From: Chloropicon primus
Taxonomy: Eukaryota
DNA length: 64,000 nucleotides
Assembly: GCA_023205875.1 (NCBI GenBank)
Contig: CP060772.1
Coordinates: 248,001-312,000 of the forward strand
Direction of reading: 5' to 3'
The position numbers were made by a program, and so were the translations under genes. Below are positions 19,051-31,118 of this stretch, piece by piece. The notes below the pieces were generated by a model that was not told the DNA's origin, did no database searches, and saw nothing but the letters and a program-made list of their open reading frames with translations. The stretch's first letter is position 1; every line of letters starts with the position of its first letter.

Positions 19051-22000
19051 ATGGTGGTGATGAAGAAGAAGAGCAGCAAGACCGTGGACCCGGCGTCCAC
19101 CACCACCGCCACCACCACCTCGGACAACTTGTTCTGGGACACGCTTCCCACGCCGAGAAAGCTGGATCCTTTGTGTAACCAGCCCGCGGCGGAAGCGATT
19201 CGGGCCGCGCGGACCAGCAGCAACAACAGCAGCAACAACAGCAGCAACACTCGGCGCCACCATCACCGAGCGAGTCTTCCGACGACGACAAACACTGCCA
19301 CTCGTCAGCAGAAGAAGAGGATGAGCTTGCCTGCGGTGCCCGTGGCTCAAAACAAAGACTCCTCCTCCTCGCCATCCTCCTCCTCCTCCTCCTCTAATAA
19401 TAATAATAGTGGTGATGATGATGGTGGCGGCACCACCACCACCACTACACCAATCACAGTCAAGGAAAGGAAGAGGAGGCTTTCTGTGGTTCGGTGGCGA
19501 CTCTTCCTGGCAGTCTTTCTGCTGCTCGGGGGCGCTGGGGCCGGGACGTACTTTGCCTTCCAATCCCAGTTCGCAGAGGGATCGAATCATTCGGAGTCGG
19601 GCATCATCGCGGGCAGCAGCATCATTAACAGCCACGTCGTAACGCTCGAGTTCGAGGTGACGCTGAACCGAAAGTCGCTGACGAGCGTCGGGGCGATCTC
19701 CGGGGCCATCGAGGCGCTCAGGGGGAACATCGAGGAATCTTTGGAGAACTTTGTCGTGGCGGACAACGCTACCACGGTGGGCTACTACGCCCAGTTCAGC
19801 AAGGTGGGGCTGGACGCGACCTCGCTGGATTTCGGGAACTCAACCAGCGAGGAGGTCGTTTTCTTGGATCAGTGCTCCTTCTCCTCCTCCTCCTCGGGAG
19901 CAGACGTGACGCAAATCTTGGTCTCCAACGCCACCGCAACCGCCCAAGGTGGAGGCTCGGTGGTGGAGGCCAGCGTGGACATGGAGAGCCTGCCAGGTCT
20001 CGTGGCTTCGGCCCAATCGGGGAGGTACTGCGTGAAGGAAAAGGTGGCGGCACCTTCCCCTTCCCCTGGCAGGAGGCTCCTGCGGAGGAGGCTCCACCTC
20101 CAGTCATCTGCGGATGTCGCGGGAAAGTTTCTCGTGCGGAAAGTCGGGGCGAGGATCATCTTGGACATCGGGGCGTCGCAGAGCGACGTGTACACCTTGG
20201 AGGACAAGCTCGCGATGACGTTCGAGAGCGAGGCGCTCCACTTGGCCCTCGTGCAGAACCAGGTGATCCAATTTTTGGGCGTGTCCGCAACGACGGTGAC
20301 TCAGGGTCTGGGGGGAAGCAACAACGGCACCACGATCATGTCAGGCCTGTCCCTGAAAAAGGACGCCTCGGCGCCATCGGAGGGGAAGAGCAAGTACGAC
20401 GAGATGTACGAAAATTACTTGGAGCAGCAGCGGCTCAAGGAGGACAACTCCACGACTGCGACCGATGGCGAAGCTCCTCCGCCGGGCAGTCCTTCGGGAA
20501 ACTCCACCACCTCCACCGACGAGGAGAACAGCACCTCCACCGACGTCGTGGCTGTCTGCGATCCCGATGAAGTGATTCCGTATTCCAGCACCTTTCTGGA
20601 GTTCGTGGAATCCATGCGCCAGAAGAACGAGATCTTGGACACCATAAGGACAAAGTCAGGGAATGAGAGCACCCTTTTGAACGACCCCCTCTCGTTGGAT
20701 TGGACCAAGCCGCCTTGTGCGATCACGGATCACACCTACTACCCCGCCGTCGCCGCTTTTGGCGGGGAGGACGAGACCGGGTGGTTCCAGAACGAGCTGG
20801 CTTGCGGAAGGGACTACAGGAAGTACGACTCGGAGACTGGGATCATCAGCACGGTGAAGGACACGAATCTGATCGCTTACTTTTACAACGACGGGTCCCT
20901 GGAGTCGCTGTGGATGAATGAGACGGACTGGGTGTACTACGAGATGGGAACCGTTTTTTTTCCAGGCACGCACGAGTCGAACTTGACCCTGTGGACGATG
21001 TACGAAGATGACGGCAAGGTGGACGGAGTTTCCAGGTCGATCGCGCCGAGGTGGGCGGACGTTACGCCGTGCCAGCTGTACAAGAATTTTTCGGACTGCG
21101 TCTCCAAGGCGTACGAGACCCCGCTGAAGCTCGCTCTGGTGGTCTTGCACTGGAATGACACGAACCCCGGGACCATCGACATGGAGCTAATGAAGAGGCT
21201 TTACGCGAGCGAGAAAATGGAAAAGTACTGGGAGGGGCAGAGCTACGGAAGGATGAAGGAGATGGAGTTTGACACGTTCGGGCCGGTGAACATCAACGTG
21301 AACGAGTTCTATGACATCGGGGAGCCCGAGGAAGAGATAACCTTCTGCGTGGGGGAGAAGGCTGAGAATGGCGTCTTGGTGAGAGAGGGGGGAGGCTGCG
21401 GCATGAGGGGCTGCACTTACATCTCTCCTAACGTCATGTCTGGTGCTTACTCGAGCTTCGACATGGCCACGAATATCAGTTGCATTCCTGGCTGGAGGTC
21501 AGAGAACTATTTCGGCACGATCTTCCTCACCTACAGCGCCAAGGGGTGCGGAGGCGCGGGGCTCTTCAATTCCGTTTTCAACATCTGGATCGACGGCGAG
21601 ATGAAGAGGCTGAGGGCCATCTCCATGTCCCACCTGGGGCCGCACGAGCGCTGCGATGGCAGTGGGGAGAACTGCGTCTCTTACGACCACAACATCGGCA
21701 ACGTGGAGCCAAGGTACATCAACCAAACGAAGCCCGAGAACTGGGATCACCCCCTCAACGAGTCCAACCTCGTGGAGACCCATGAGCTCATACACCTTTT
21801 TGGCATCTACTGGCACAGCTCTGCGAGAAAGTGCGACGAGAACGCCACGGACTTTAGGGAGTGCAGGCACAGGGAGTACGGCAACGAGTTCTCCTTGGTC
21901 GGGGGGGCAGGAGCAGCGCTGGAGCTGCCGGCCCATGAGAGGTACAACCTCCACTTTCTCAATCGAGAGGACATCCTCGTCGTCAACAAGACGGGGGACT

Positions 22001-22377
22001 TTCAGATTGGGCCGATCTCGAGCGCCTTAAACGCGCGGTACAGGGCAGCCCTGGTGGTTTCAGATGAGTACTCGCTGTGGCTCGAGTACCGCAGACCTGT
22101 CGGTTACGACACGAGCTTGCAGTGGGAGGATTACAAAGCGAACACGGAGGGTCTGATGGCGACCCTGTCAAACCATTTGATTGATCTGAACCGGGGCGTC
22201 CCCGATGAGACCAGCACGCTGTTCACGGTGACCCTCAACAGCGGGTATACGTGGAGACCATTCGGGACAAAGCTTGCGATCTCAAACGTAGTCCCGCTGG
22301 GCGACGTGGGAGTGAATTTCACTGTCTCATACGGCGACTCGGCGAACTTGGACTCCTACGGAGTAGAAGTAACATGA
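19051..22377 (+). CDS. Membrane-anchored zinc metalloprotease, gametolysin/peptidase M11-like
   Basis: HELIHLFGIYWH fits HEXXHXXGXXH and is followed by EYGNEFSLVG and LWLEYRRPVGYD. One hydrophobic span (LFLAVFLLLGGAGAGTYFAF), a GRRLLRRR basic site and many N-x-S/T sequons. Confidence 0.75.
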   Translation: MVVMKKKSSKTVDPASTTTATTTSDNLFWDTLPTPRKLDPLCNQPAAEAIRAARTSSNNSSNNSSNTRRHHHRASLPTTTNTATRQQKKRMSLPAVPVAQNKDSSSSPSSSSSSSNNNNSGDDDGGGTTTTTTPITVKERKRRLSVVRWRLFLAVFLLLGGAGAGTYFAFQSQFAEGSNHSESGIIAGSSIINSHVVTLEFEVTLNRKSLTSVGAISGAIEALRGNIEESLENFVVADNATTVGYYAQFSKVGLDATSLDFGNSTSEEVVFLDQCSFSSSSSGADVTQILVSNATATAQGGGSVVEASVDMESLPGLVASAQSGRYCVKEKVAAPSPSPGRRLLRRRLHLQSSADVAGKFLVRKVGARIILDIGASQSDVYTLEDKLAMTFESEALHLALVQNQVIQFLGVSATTVTQGLGGSNNGTTIMSGLSLKKDASAPSEGKSKYDEMYENYLEQQRLKEDNSTTATDGEAPPPGSPSGNSTTSTDEENSTSTDVVAVCDPDEVIPYSSTFLEFVESMRQKNEILDTIRTKSGNESTLLNDPLSLDWTKPPCAITDHTYYPAVAAFGGEDETGWFQNELACGRDYRKYDSETGIISTVKDTNLIAYFYNDGSLESLWMNETDWVYYEMGTVFFPGTHESNLTLWTMYEDDGKVDGVSRSIAPRWADVTPCQLYKNFSDCVSKAYETPLKLALVVLHWNDTNPGTIDMELMKRLYASEKMEKYWEGQSYGRMKEMEFDTFGPVNINVNEFYDIGEPEEEITFCVGEKAENGVLVREGGGCGMRGCTYISPNVMSGAYSSFDMATNISCIPGWRSENYFGTIFLTYSAKGCGGAGLFNSVFNIWIDGEMKRLRAISMSHLGPHERCDGSGENCVSYDHNIGNVEPRYINQTKPENWDHPLNESNLVETHELIHLFGIYWHSSARKCDENATDFRECRHREYGNEFSLVGGAGAALELPAHERYNLHFLNREDILVVNKTGDFQIGPISSALNARYRAALVVSDEYSLWLEYRRPVGYDTSLQWEDYKANTEGLMATLSNHLIDLNRGVPDETSTLFTVTLNSGYTWRPFGTKLAISNVVPLGDVGVNFTVSYGDSANLDSYGVEVT

Positions 22378-24456
22378 AACAAGTGCAAAAGTAAAGCAGT
22401 GAGACACGACAACACTCCATGTATTAAATTAAACTCATTCCTTTTTCAGAAACGATAAACAAAAAAGAAAACGCAAACGCAAACGGGGTCCTTCTTGGAT
22501 TTCCAATGTGACGAGGAGAGTGGCATCAACATGCCACGCTGGTCGAGAGACGTAAACAAAACTGGGGCCACCTCCAACCCATCAAAATATTCCTTCAAAA
22601 ACTTGAAAAAGACGCTGAAACTACAAGGGTCGCCCGCAAATCCTTGAAATATATTTTCTTCAACATTATTAAATCATCCTTAAGATGCTAATTCGGCTCA
22701 AGCGACACGCGTCTTCATTACATCAATGAAATGAGGCAAGTGGAATGAAGCATCGCGCGTTCTCGTCACGCTCTCTGCAAAAGCGCGCAACAACAGAATA
22801 AAACAAAGGTCGGACAAAACCGTATCTTGCTTTCATAAACCGAATGTGATGTGATATTTTTTCTTTTGCGTTTCTATTACATTATATTGTATATTTTATA
22901 TTGTTTTTTCTCATCAATCGAAACAATCACAGGAATTTTGTGAGTTTTCTGCATGCTTTCGCATTTCCATCATGTTGAACTTCTTTCTTGAATTCAAGAT
23001 GCAGATAATTCGCGCCATAAACAAACAAAACAAGGACAACGATTGCGAATTACTTCGCAAAGGGAATTATTGGTGACAATTCAAATCAACGAAAAGGGAT
23101 TTTAGCCACAACGGCACGACAAGACACGCTGTTGATATGATCCAGGAGCGGACATAGAGCGCTGTGGTCCATGGAAAATGATGGTATGCGTATATCATTA
23201 CATATTAAAGAAAAATATTATACATCTCAGAACAATAACCGAATTAAGTTGCGCCCTTGCGATGACGGAGACGTCAAGTGAAACTCATTATTTTGCTCCA
23301 CGCGTTTGCCCGCGTTAGCCGCAAAACACTTGTAATACCTTTGCAGCAGGAAAAAATAATACGATATGGCTTTGCCTTTTCTCCAATGCTAATGGCTCAA
23401 AAGATATTGCAGCATTATTGCATTCTTTTCGTTCTCCATCCTTGTCATGTTTGCGAACATTTTTACAAGTTACATCTTCACGCTATAGGTGCAAGGCAAA
23501 GACAACAATCAATCAAGAAAATTTAGGAATGAGAACATTATTTTTGAGAAAAGGATGCTTCCTTTTGTGTATTCTCTTTTAGCAAGAAATATATTGCGAA
23601 ATGTAGAAACTGATTCTGGTCTTTAAAACGAACATCAGTTTCACAACATAGTAAACAAAAAGTCGAAAAGACTTCGCGGTATTTAATATTTAATATTTCA
23701 TTTCCCAGGCATCGCACGTACAATCATTTGTTAGCATAAATATGACAGTGATTATCCTCCAATTTGAGTATGGCATCAAGCGCAACTACTTAGACCACTC
23801 ATGCGAGACCACATATACAAGACGCAAAGAGTTTTCTTTTAAAGCAATATAATTCAATTAAATTATTTTGCTGGAAATGTAAAGCCTTACCAAGACAAGA
23901 ATATAATAATATACATCGCGAAGCGGATTGAATATACACGCACGTTTATATTTTTTCCTGGACCTATGTCTTATGACACAAATTAAGTTCTATTTTAACT
24001 CATTTTGAAACATTATCTTGATCGGAGAGTTGAGGGTGCTGTTTATCGTGGTGTTTTTGTTTTCATTTTTTAAGTGCCTACTATCTCTGTTACTAACGGA
24101 CGTTCAGACCAATGGATGGGAATGGGTATCGGTATCGGTATCACGGAGGCATTCAGCTGTTGACTTCATGAAATGTAAATAAGATATAGACGTTCGCGAT
24201 CGATGGCGCGTATCAGATACTGATGATTAAATTCTTTGACTCGAAAAGGTTCATTCAGTTCGTCGTTGGGAAAGTTGAGGTGCGTTCTGTTTGTTCTCAT
24301 TTGTATAGCACAATGAGAGAAAAGGCTTGGCCTTGTTTGGCTCAGTCATTCAAAGATGTTGCCGGAGAGAATCATAGCAGTAGAGTAATAAACTAATAAT
24401 CATAATAAAGGAGAAACAACCTTATTTCTTCGTAAATAACAAATAACATCGGCTCT
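22378..24456. other. AT-rich, gene-free island (~2 kb)
   Basis: Visibly far lower GC than the flanks. Only two short ORFs with no coding bias, and none of the usual intergenic microsatellites. Confidence 0.8.
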
Positions 24457-25941
24457 TTACCTGTTCTCCGAGAAGAGGTCCGAGGTGTCGTCCCATGGGT
24501 TATCTCCAGGTGGGGTGGCGGCCTCTTGTCTGCCGTTCGACGACTTTCTTACTTGACTGGAGGACTGCTGAGGACTTCTGCTTCCACTTGAAGCAGAGGT
24601 GTCGTCTTCCTCCCACGGGCAGGGAGGGTCTTGGTTCCTCGCCCACTTTAGAATGTGCGAGTGCTTGCTCTTGGTTGCGTACTTGCATACATGCGACGTC
24701 CATTCGCAGCCCTCACTCCTGAGCCACTTGAGAATGTGGAGGTGACCTCCATAGGCAGCGCAAGCGGTTGCCCGGGAGTCCCAGGGGCAGCCATTCCTCC
24801 TTGACCACTTGAGGAGCTCGAAATGACCCGCCTTGGCGGCCCGGGCGCAGGTAAGCTCGTCCCAGTGGCACCCCTCGCTCCTCAGCCACTTTATGCACTC
24901 CAGGTGCCCCCCCTTGGCGGCATATGCACATGTGTTCTCGTTCCATTCGCAGCCTTGCTCGTGGGCCCACTGCAACACCTGAAGGTGGCCTCTGTCAGCT
25001 GCCCAAGTGCACGTGTCGTCGTTCCACGCGCACCCCTCGCTCCTCAGCCACTGCAGTGCTCTCAGGCACCCTCCTCGTGCCGCCGCTGCGCACGTGTCAG
25101 AGCTCCAGTCGCACCCTTGGCTTCTGGCCCACATAAGCAACTCCAGGTGCCCGCCCTCGGCCGCCGAGTTGCACGTGTCTTCGTCCCACGCGCAACCCTT
25201 GCTTCTCAACCACTGCAGGGCGGTGAGGTGACCGGCCCGGGCAGCACTTTCGCAGGAATACTCGTCAAAGGGAGAAAGCTCGTTCCTCAGCCACTTCAGG
25301 ACTTCGACGTGGCCACCAAGAGCCGCACTGGCGCATATGCTGAAGTCATGGAACGGGCAGTCGTGCTTCTTCAGGTACTCGAGGAACCCGAGCTGGCCCC
25401 CGGCGGCGGCTGCCCTTGGGGCGCACCTCCACTCGTTGATGCTCAAGGGGAAACCCTTGGTGATGAGCCTGCGGGCGGCCTCCTGGGAACCCTGGAAAGC
25501 GGCGACGTACATCAAGTCACTCTTGTACATCTTCTCCGACGGCATACCGGCTCTCCAAGAGTACGGAGCTGTGTCCGCGTTCGCGCTAAGGAAAGTGTCC
25601 GCGACCCAAACGTACCATGCCGGGGTGAAGTTCGGTGACTTGGCATGCAGCACTTTTCTCGTCAAGTTGGTGCAGGTTCTCTCCTCTTTCGGCACCGCCA
25701 CCGATAAGGCTTTTTGGAACTTGGTACAAGTCATAGAGAAGGCCAACTGGTCGTACCGCTCCAGCCTCTTGGCCACCTCATACCATAATCCCTCTGGAAG
25801 CTTGGACAAGCAACATGCTTCACTCTCTTCCTCCTGGCAATCCACTCTAGGCTTCTTCACCTCCTGAGACCTCAAATACTCGTCAGCCTCTAACAACTTA
25901 CTCTTCTTACTTGGATGACTCATGCCTCCTTGCTGACTCAT
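24457..25941 (-). CDS. Ankyrin-like repeat protein (GCxWD/AAxGGHLxxLxW type) with an F-box-like N-terminal motif
   Basis: About 10 repeats of C..AA.GGHL..LKWLRS.GC.W, preceded by LSKLPEGLWYEVAKRL...FSMTCTKF. Confidence 0.88.
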   Translation of the reverse strand: MSQQGGMSHPSKKSKLLEADEYLRSQEVKKPRVDCQEEESEACCLSKLPEGLWYEVAKRLERYDQLAFSMTCTKFQKALSVAVPKEERTCTNLTRKVLHAKSPNFTPAWYVWVADTFLSANADTAPYSWRAGMPSEKMYKSDLMYVAAFQGSQEAARRLITKGFPLSINEWRCAPRAAAAGGQLGFLEYLKKHDCPFHDFSICASAALGGHVEVLKWLRNELSPFDEYSCESAARAGHLTALQWLRSKGCAWDEDTCNSAAEGGHLELLMWARSQGCDWSSDTCAAAARGGCLRALQWLRSEGCAWNDDTCTWAADRGHLQVLQWAHEQGCEWNENTCAYAAKGGHLECIKWLRSEGCHWDELTCARAAKAGHFELLKWSRRNGCPWDSRATACAAYGGHLHILKWLRSEGCEWTSHVCKYATKSKHSHILKWARNQDPPCPWEEDDTSASSGSRSPQQSSSQVRKSSNGRQEAATPPGDNPWDDTSDLFSENR

Positions 25942-26856
25942 CCCAACAAACCAAGACACAGAAACGAAGTTCTAGGCTTTGGGGGATAACCAAGCAACGG
26001 AGCACCGAAGCAGTTCGGCTTGTGTATGTATGTGTGTGTGTGTGTGTGTGCCTCACGTGCGTTGCCTTGGTCTCACAAGGGAGGGAGTCTGAGGTAAACC
26101 TTGGACGTGTGTGTGTGGTTGTGTGTGTGTATGTCTTCGCTTGTGTGTGTCCACTCCTGTCTTCCTCCTCTTGGTTGGCCCTTGCTTCCAGGGAGGGGAC
26201 CAAGGTCAAAGCTTGGCAGGAGGAAAGAGACCTAAAACCAAGTACTTGGTCACCAAGGTGTTGTCGCTTGTTGCCAAGTCAAGCAAAGGTGTCGCTTTTT
26301 TTTTTTGTCTTTTCAAGGGACAACTCAACCTCTTGAGACTTTGAGAGAGCTTTTCGCAAACGCACCAAGTTCTTGGTGCGTTTGTGCTTTGGGTTGTGTC
26401 TGGAGGAGGGACACCAAAAGAGAAAGAAAAGTAAAAGGTTTACTCTTCTCTTCCCCTTGGATCTTGTTGCTCCTCAAGTGTTCCCTCGTGCTCCCCCTGC
26501 CGCCAGCCTGTAGTATCCGAAGAGAAAGTTCAAAACATCAATCTCTGAAAGAAGTGAAGTGAAGTGAAGTGAAGTTAATCAAGTTCAAGCTTTTGGAGGG
26601 GATGACGGATGATGAACTATTGACAATTTGTGAATAGACGGGTTTTCTTGACTGGAGTCCTTTTTAATCTCGGATCTCATTCCGTGGCATCGTCCGCACG
26701 AAACCTTTTGGCTTTTGGAAGGAATACGCGCAACGCTTGGGAACTTGGGGAAGATTGGTCCCCAGCAAGTCTGTTTTTCATTGGTGCTGTGATAGTTATG
26801 ATTTAATTTATATAATATTCATTATGTTATGATCATTAGAACTATTTTTCTTCCCT

Positions 26857-29800
26857 TCAAAAGCTCAAGTTCTCTAACAGGTGCTTCAGCTCCCTCCGCT
26901 CGTTGAACCAGTCCACAAAAGGAAGGGAAGTGCCACAGCGGAGGTAGCAAACGTAAAGGATGCTGTAAAAGTACCTCTGGAGGTAGTTCAAGCCGAGAAG
27001 TCGGGTGGCAACAAAGCTCTCGTCGAACTGGGACTTGTCTTCCTTCACGTAGCTCTCGCACAGCCTCTTGCACTTGTCGATGTCCACTCTCATGTCCCCC
27101 ACAGCCGAGAAGAACGAGATGGAGCGGTCCACGATGCTCTTGCACTTTGGACCATCGGGGATCACCCTGGTAAGCGCAAGGATCCCCCTGTTCTCGTCCG
27201 CCTCGTTTTCCGCCCCCCTCGGCGCTCCGCTCTCCTCCGCCTTGCCCTTGTCGCTCTCGTTCCCGTAGCCGGCTCGAGTCAAGTAAAAGCAGCTCACCAG
27301 CACGGGTATGTGCCTGACACCCATGCCGATTCCCGTGTGAGACAAGAAGAGGAACCGGAGCTTGGGCGCCTTCTCGCCGTGGTAGGACTTCACCCTGGAA
27401 TGCAGACACTCCACGTCGCTGGCGGTCGGCCGCCTCTCCCTCGACCACGGGAAGCGGAAGTAAGTCATGGAGAAGCCTTCTTCCCGAAGGTGCTTGCTGA
27501 TCTCGCTCGGCGTGCAAATGCCGAGGTCCGGGGAATTCACGTCCTCCGGCCGCGTCTCCTCCCAGAAAGCCTCCAGCCTCAGGTACCGCCTTTGCGCATC
27601 GGCCCTGACATCAAAAGCCCTGGAGGCGTCCACGGATATGCCCGTGTCATCCGTGGCGGTGTTCTCCTTGCTCGGGACTCTTTCCATGTGGCGAGAGACC
27701 TCGTGATGCAGCAGGATCTCATTTTGATGCGTGTCCCTCTCGTGCAACAGATCCTCCTTCAGCAGGCTTTCCCTCTGCAGGACTTGATCAGTGGAAAGCC
27801 CGGCCAAGTTGAGACTCTTTGTCGCGAAATCAATCTCTCTCAAGACGTAAGGAACCCCCTTGACATACGTCACCAGCTCCTCTCTCAAGTCGATGACGAC
27901 CACGTGCGAGTCCGCCGACTCCTCCTTGAACTTGCTGAGGAGCCTCCGCATGCCACCCACAGAAGGCGCGCTCGCAGATGCGATGGGGACGTCCCCCGCC
28001 TGGAAGAAGTTTAAGACCCCGCAGACTTGCTGGAGCGATTTTGTCTGCATCTCTGGAAACAGGTAGCTTTTCAGGATCGTGTTTCGCTTTAGCATCACGC
28101 CACTCCTGGAGGACAGGCACCTCTTGTGGTCGTGGCTCAAAACGACATCGACCTGCAATGATTTCATGCTCGCTGCCGACTTCAACAGGGACGAGACTGA
28201 CCCCGCAGATAGAGCGGCCCCAGGGTTCGTCCTGATCGTATTCATAAGCTCTTGCAGGTCCAGACGAGAGCTGAACCACTCGTGGAAGGAACCGACCCCG
28301 TGATTGTAACCGTCGCTGTCCAGCCAGGACGCAAATGCGATGATGATGAAGTACCTTTCGAGGTATTCGATGCCATTTTTGAAGGCAGCGTGCCGGCCTT
28401 GGAGGGATTCATCCCCCCTTCCCCACGAGTGACCCCACTTCTTTCTTGGCTTCCTGTACGCGAAGATTGCTTTCCTCAAATTCTTTAGCTTGCCACAGGT
28501 GTCGATCACAACGTCGGCAATCGCTTTGCTCTCGTCCCCGTAATGCAAGAGGTGCTCCAACTTTTGAATGGCGGCGTAATTCCCATCCTTTAACGTGTCC
28601 TCGATAGATTGGAGCCTCGGCGTCGTCGCCACCTCGTCATCACTGCTCCCAAGGCCCTCGTCGTCATTGAACATTGCATGATCTCTCACCACATCGAATA
28701 TCTCATAGTCGCTGCTCTCGCCCAAAAGGGCAGCGTTGGAGCTCCTCCTCCTCGAGAGGGTCGAGAGCGTCGTGTGAGGCAACATCGTAAGTTTGTTCTG
28801 CCCCCTGAGGTGCAGCAGACTCCCTATCACCATCCCAGTCGTGGTTCGCCCTGCCCCGCCCTGGCAATTAAAGACCAAAGCTGTCTTCGGGTTCGCAAAG
28901 GCGGCTTGCGACACGATGTCATCAAACACACTGAGTTGAGGAGCTTTGCCATCCGTCACAGGAATGCGGACGTAATCGATAGGAAAGCCCTCAGCCTGCA
29001 AGGACTTGAAGATATCCAAAGGAGAAAGGACGCTCGATGGGTGGGAGGGATCTACCTGCTCCCACTCCTCATTGATCACCCGGGCCCCGTGGGTGTCTAC
29101 CATCTCCCTTGTCACCAAAACAACATTGTCGTTCTCCTTGGCCTCATTCAGAACATCCTGCTTGAGCCTCTTTTCCATGCTCTCGACCCTTGATGCACTG
29201 ATGTTGGAGTACTCCTGCATGTTCTTGAAAGGCCTGGCGTGCTCTCTCAGGGCGTGAGGCTTTCCATTCAGGTAAATCACCGGCTCTTCTCTCATGTTGA
29301 ACCAGATCAGGCTTGCCCCTTCCCCGCCGTCACTACTCGAAGATGGCGTGATGCCGATGTGGCTCAGTACTTTTCGGATCCCTTCCTCCGTTGGAATCGC
29401 CATGCCGTAGACGGGAAGCTTGTCGCTGGCCCTTCTGAAATTCGGGCAGCCATCCAGTTTCTTCAGAATGTGAGATTGCAATCCAGGGTAGTGGTCCTCT
29501 TTGAGAATGGTGTGGGACCCGAGCACGGATCCGTTCCTTAACGCGATGAAGGAGAGGATCTTCTCGTCCTCCTCGGCCTGCTTATTGTCCTTGCTCAATT
29601 GGTCCACCTCAATCACGCTCGTGTGCACTTCCATCGCAGTCAAAGGGTTGTGCCACAGCAGCCTCTCCCTCATGGAACGCAGCTCAGGCCTCTGAGAAAC
29701 GAATTCCTTGAAGGTCGCATCTTTCCTCGAGAGGCCGGCCTCGCCTAAAGTCCCCTCCCCCTGGTCGCCCCTGTCCGGGTCCATCGTGTTCAGGTACGAC

Positions 29801-31118
29801 GTGAACGTAATAAGCATGAAGTACCTCTCCAGATAATCAATGACGACCCTCTGCAGGTTGTTCCTCTGCTTCTCCGAAGCCGCGTTGAGGAATCTTTCCC
29901 TGTAAGTAACAATTCCTTCCCTCAGGGACTGAAACTCGGCGCACGCGTCGATCACCGCGTCTATTTGCATCTTGCTGATCGTGCCCTTCTCCAGAACTCT
30001 CAGCAGGCTTCTGATGACGAGATAGTCCCCAGTCTTCAGTCTGTCCTCGAGCTCAACTTCCAGAGGAGATTGCACGTCCCTCAGGGAGGACGGCGAAAGA
30101 GCGTCCGGAGGCTGCAAAAAGGTCTCCGTGGCCCAAAACGGAACGTCGCCTTCCGAGCTCACCCTCCGCCGCACCTGCAGCAAGCTTGCCACAATCATCG
30201 CGGTCGTCGTCCTCCCCCGACCCATCTGGCAATTGAAAATGAGGGCAGCGTCCTCCGGCGCATCAATCACGTACCGGGTCAGGGTGTCGAAGTCAACCTC
30301 CTTGGGGCTTCTCTCGTCCGTCACTGGAATTCTGAAATACATCACGTTGTACCCAAAAGCCTTGCAGTCCTCGTATACCTCCCTCGGCGTCTGCACGTCG
30401 CCCGGCTCAACAGCTTCCCACGAGTTCACAAGGTCACCCTCCTCGGTCTCCTCGCACACCATGATGCCCCCGAACTTTCCGACCTCCTTGAGCACGTCCC
30501 TCTTCATTCGCTGCTCCATGTCCTCCACCCTCGCGGACGTTATCCCCGTGTACCTGCACCACACGGCGAGGGGGAAGCGGACGAACGAACAAAAGGTGCG
30601 TCGTCAGTCAGCAAAACGAAAACTTCAAGCCAATCGATGATCGATGGGAGAATCACTTACTCGACGTTTGCGAAAGGATGCTCTATCTCACGAAGCACGA
30701 AGGGCTTCCCATTGATGTACAACACGGGTTCCTCCCTCATGTTGTGCCAACAGCAGCAAGACCTCCTCGACGACGCCGTCGTCGGACCCCCACCCCCCAC
30801 CACATCACTCGGCCCCCGTAACGTCTGCTTCAGGACGTTACAAATCCCGTCAATCGTCGGGATCGCCACTCCGTACACCGGTAGCCCGTCCACCTGCCTG
30901 AAGTTTGGCGCCCCTTCTATAATAGGCCTCAACTTTTTGTTCTGGGCTCCAGGAAAGTGGTCCGACTTCAATATCGTCCCTTTTCCCAAAACGCTTCCCC
31001 GACGGCTGGAGAGCACAAAAGAATCCGACGACGGTGGCGTTCCCACCGGTGCCTCCTCGCTCTTTCCCTCCTCCGCATCCATGCTGCTGCTCGAAAGACT
31101 CTCCGCCATCATCTTCAT
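26857..31118 (-). CDS. PALD1: Paladin-like protein with three PTP-like (inositol-phosphate phosphatase type) repeats; exons 31118-30661 and 30553-26857
   Basis: R.GSVLG..TILK.DH.PG, GAPNFR, NMREEPV.YING.P, RIPVTD, FNCQMGRGRTTT, FNCQGGAGRTTT and YLERYF are repeated. GT-AG intron 30554-30660 restores the frame (VE|YTGI). Confidence 0.93.

Noticed and set aside
23278..23723. ORFs inside the AT-rich island as viral or transposase genes
   Set aside because: They are short, with non-ATG starts and no motifs. No terminal inverted repeats or LTRs were seen.
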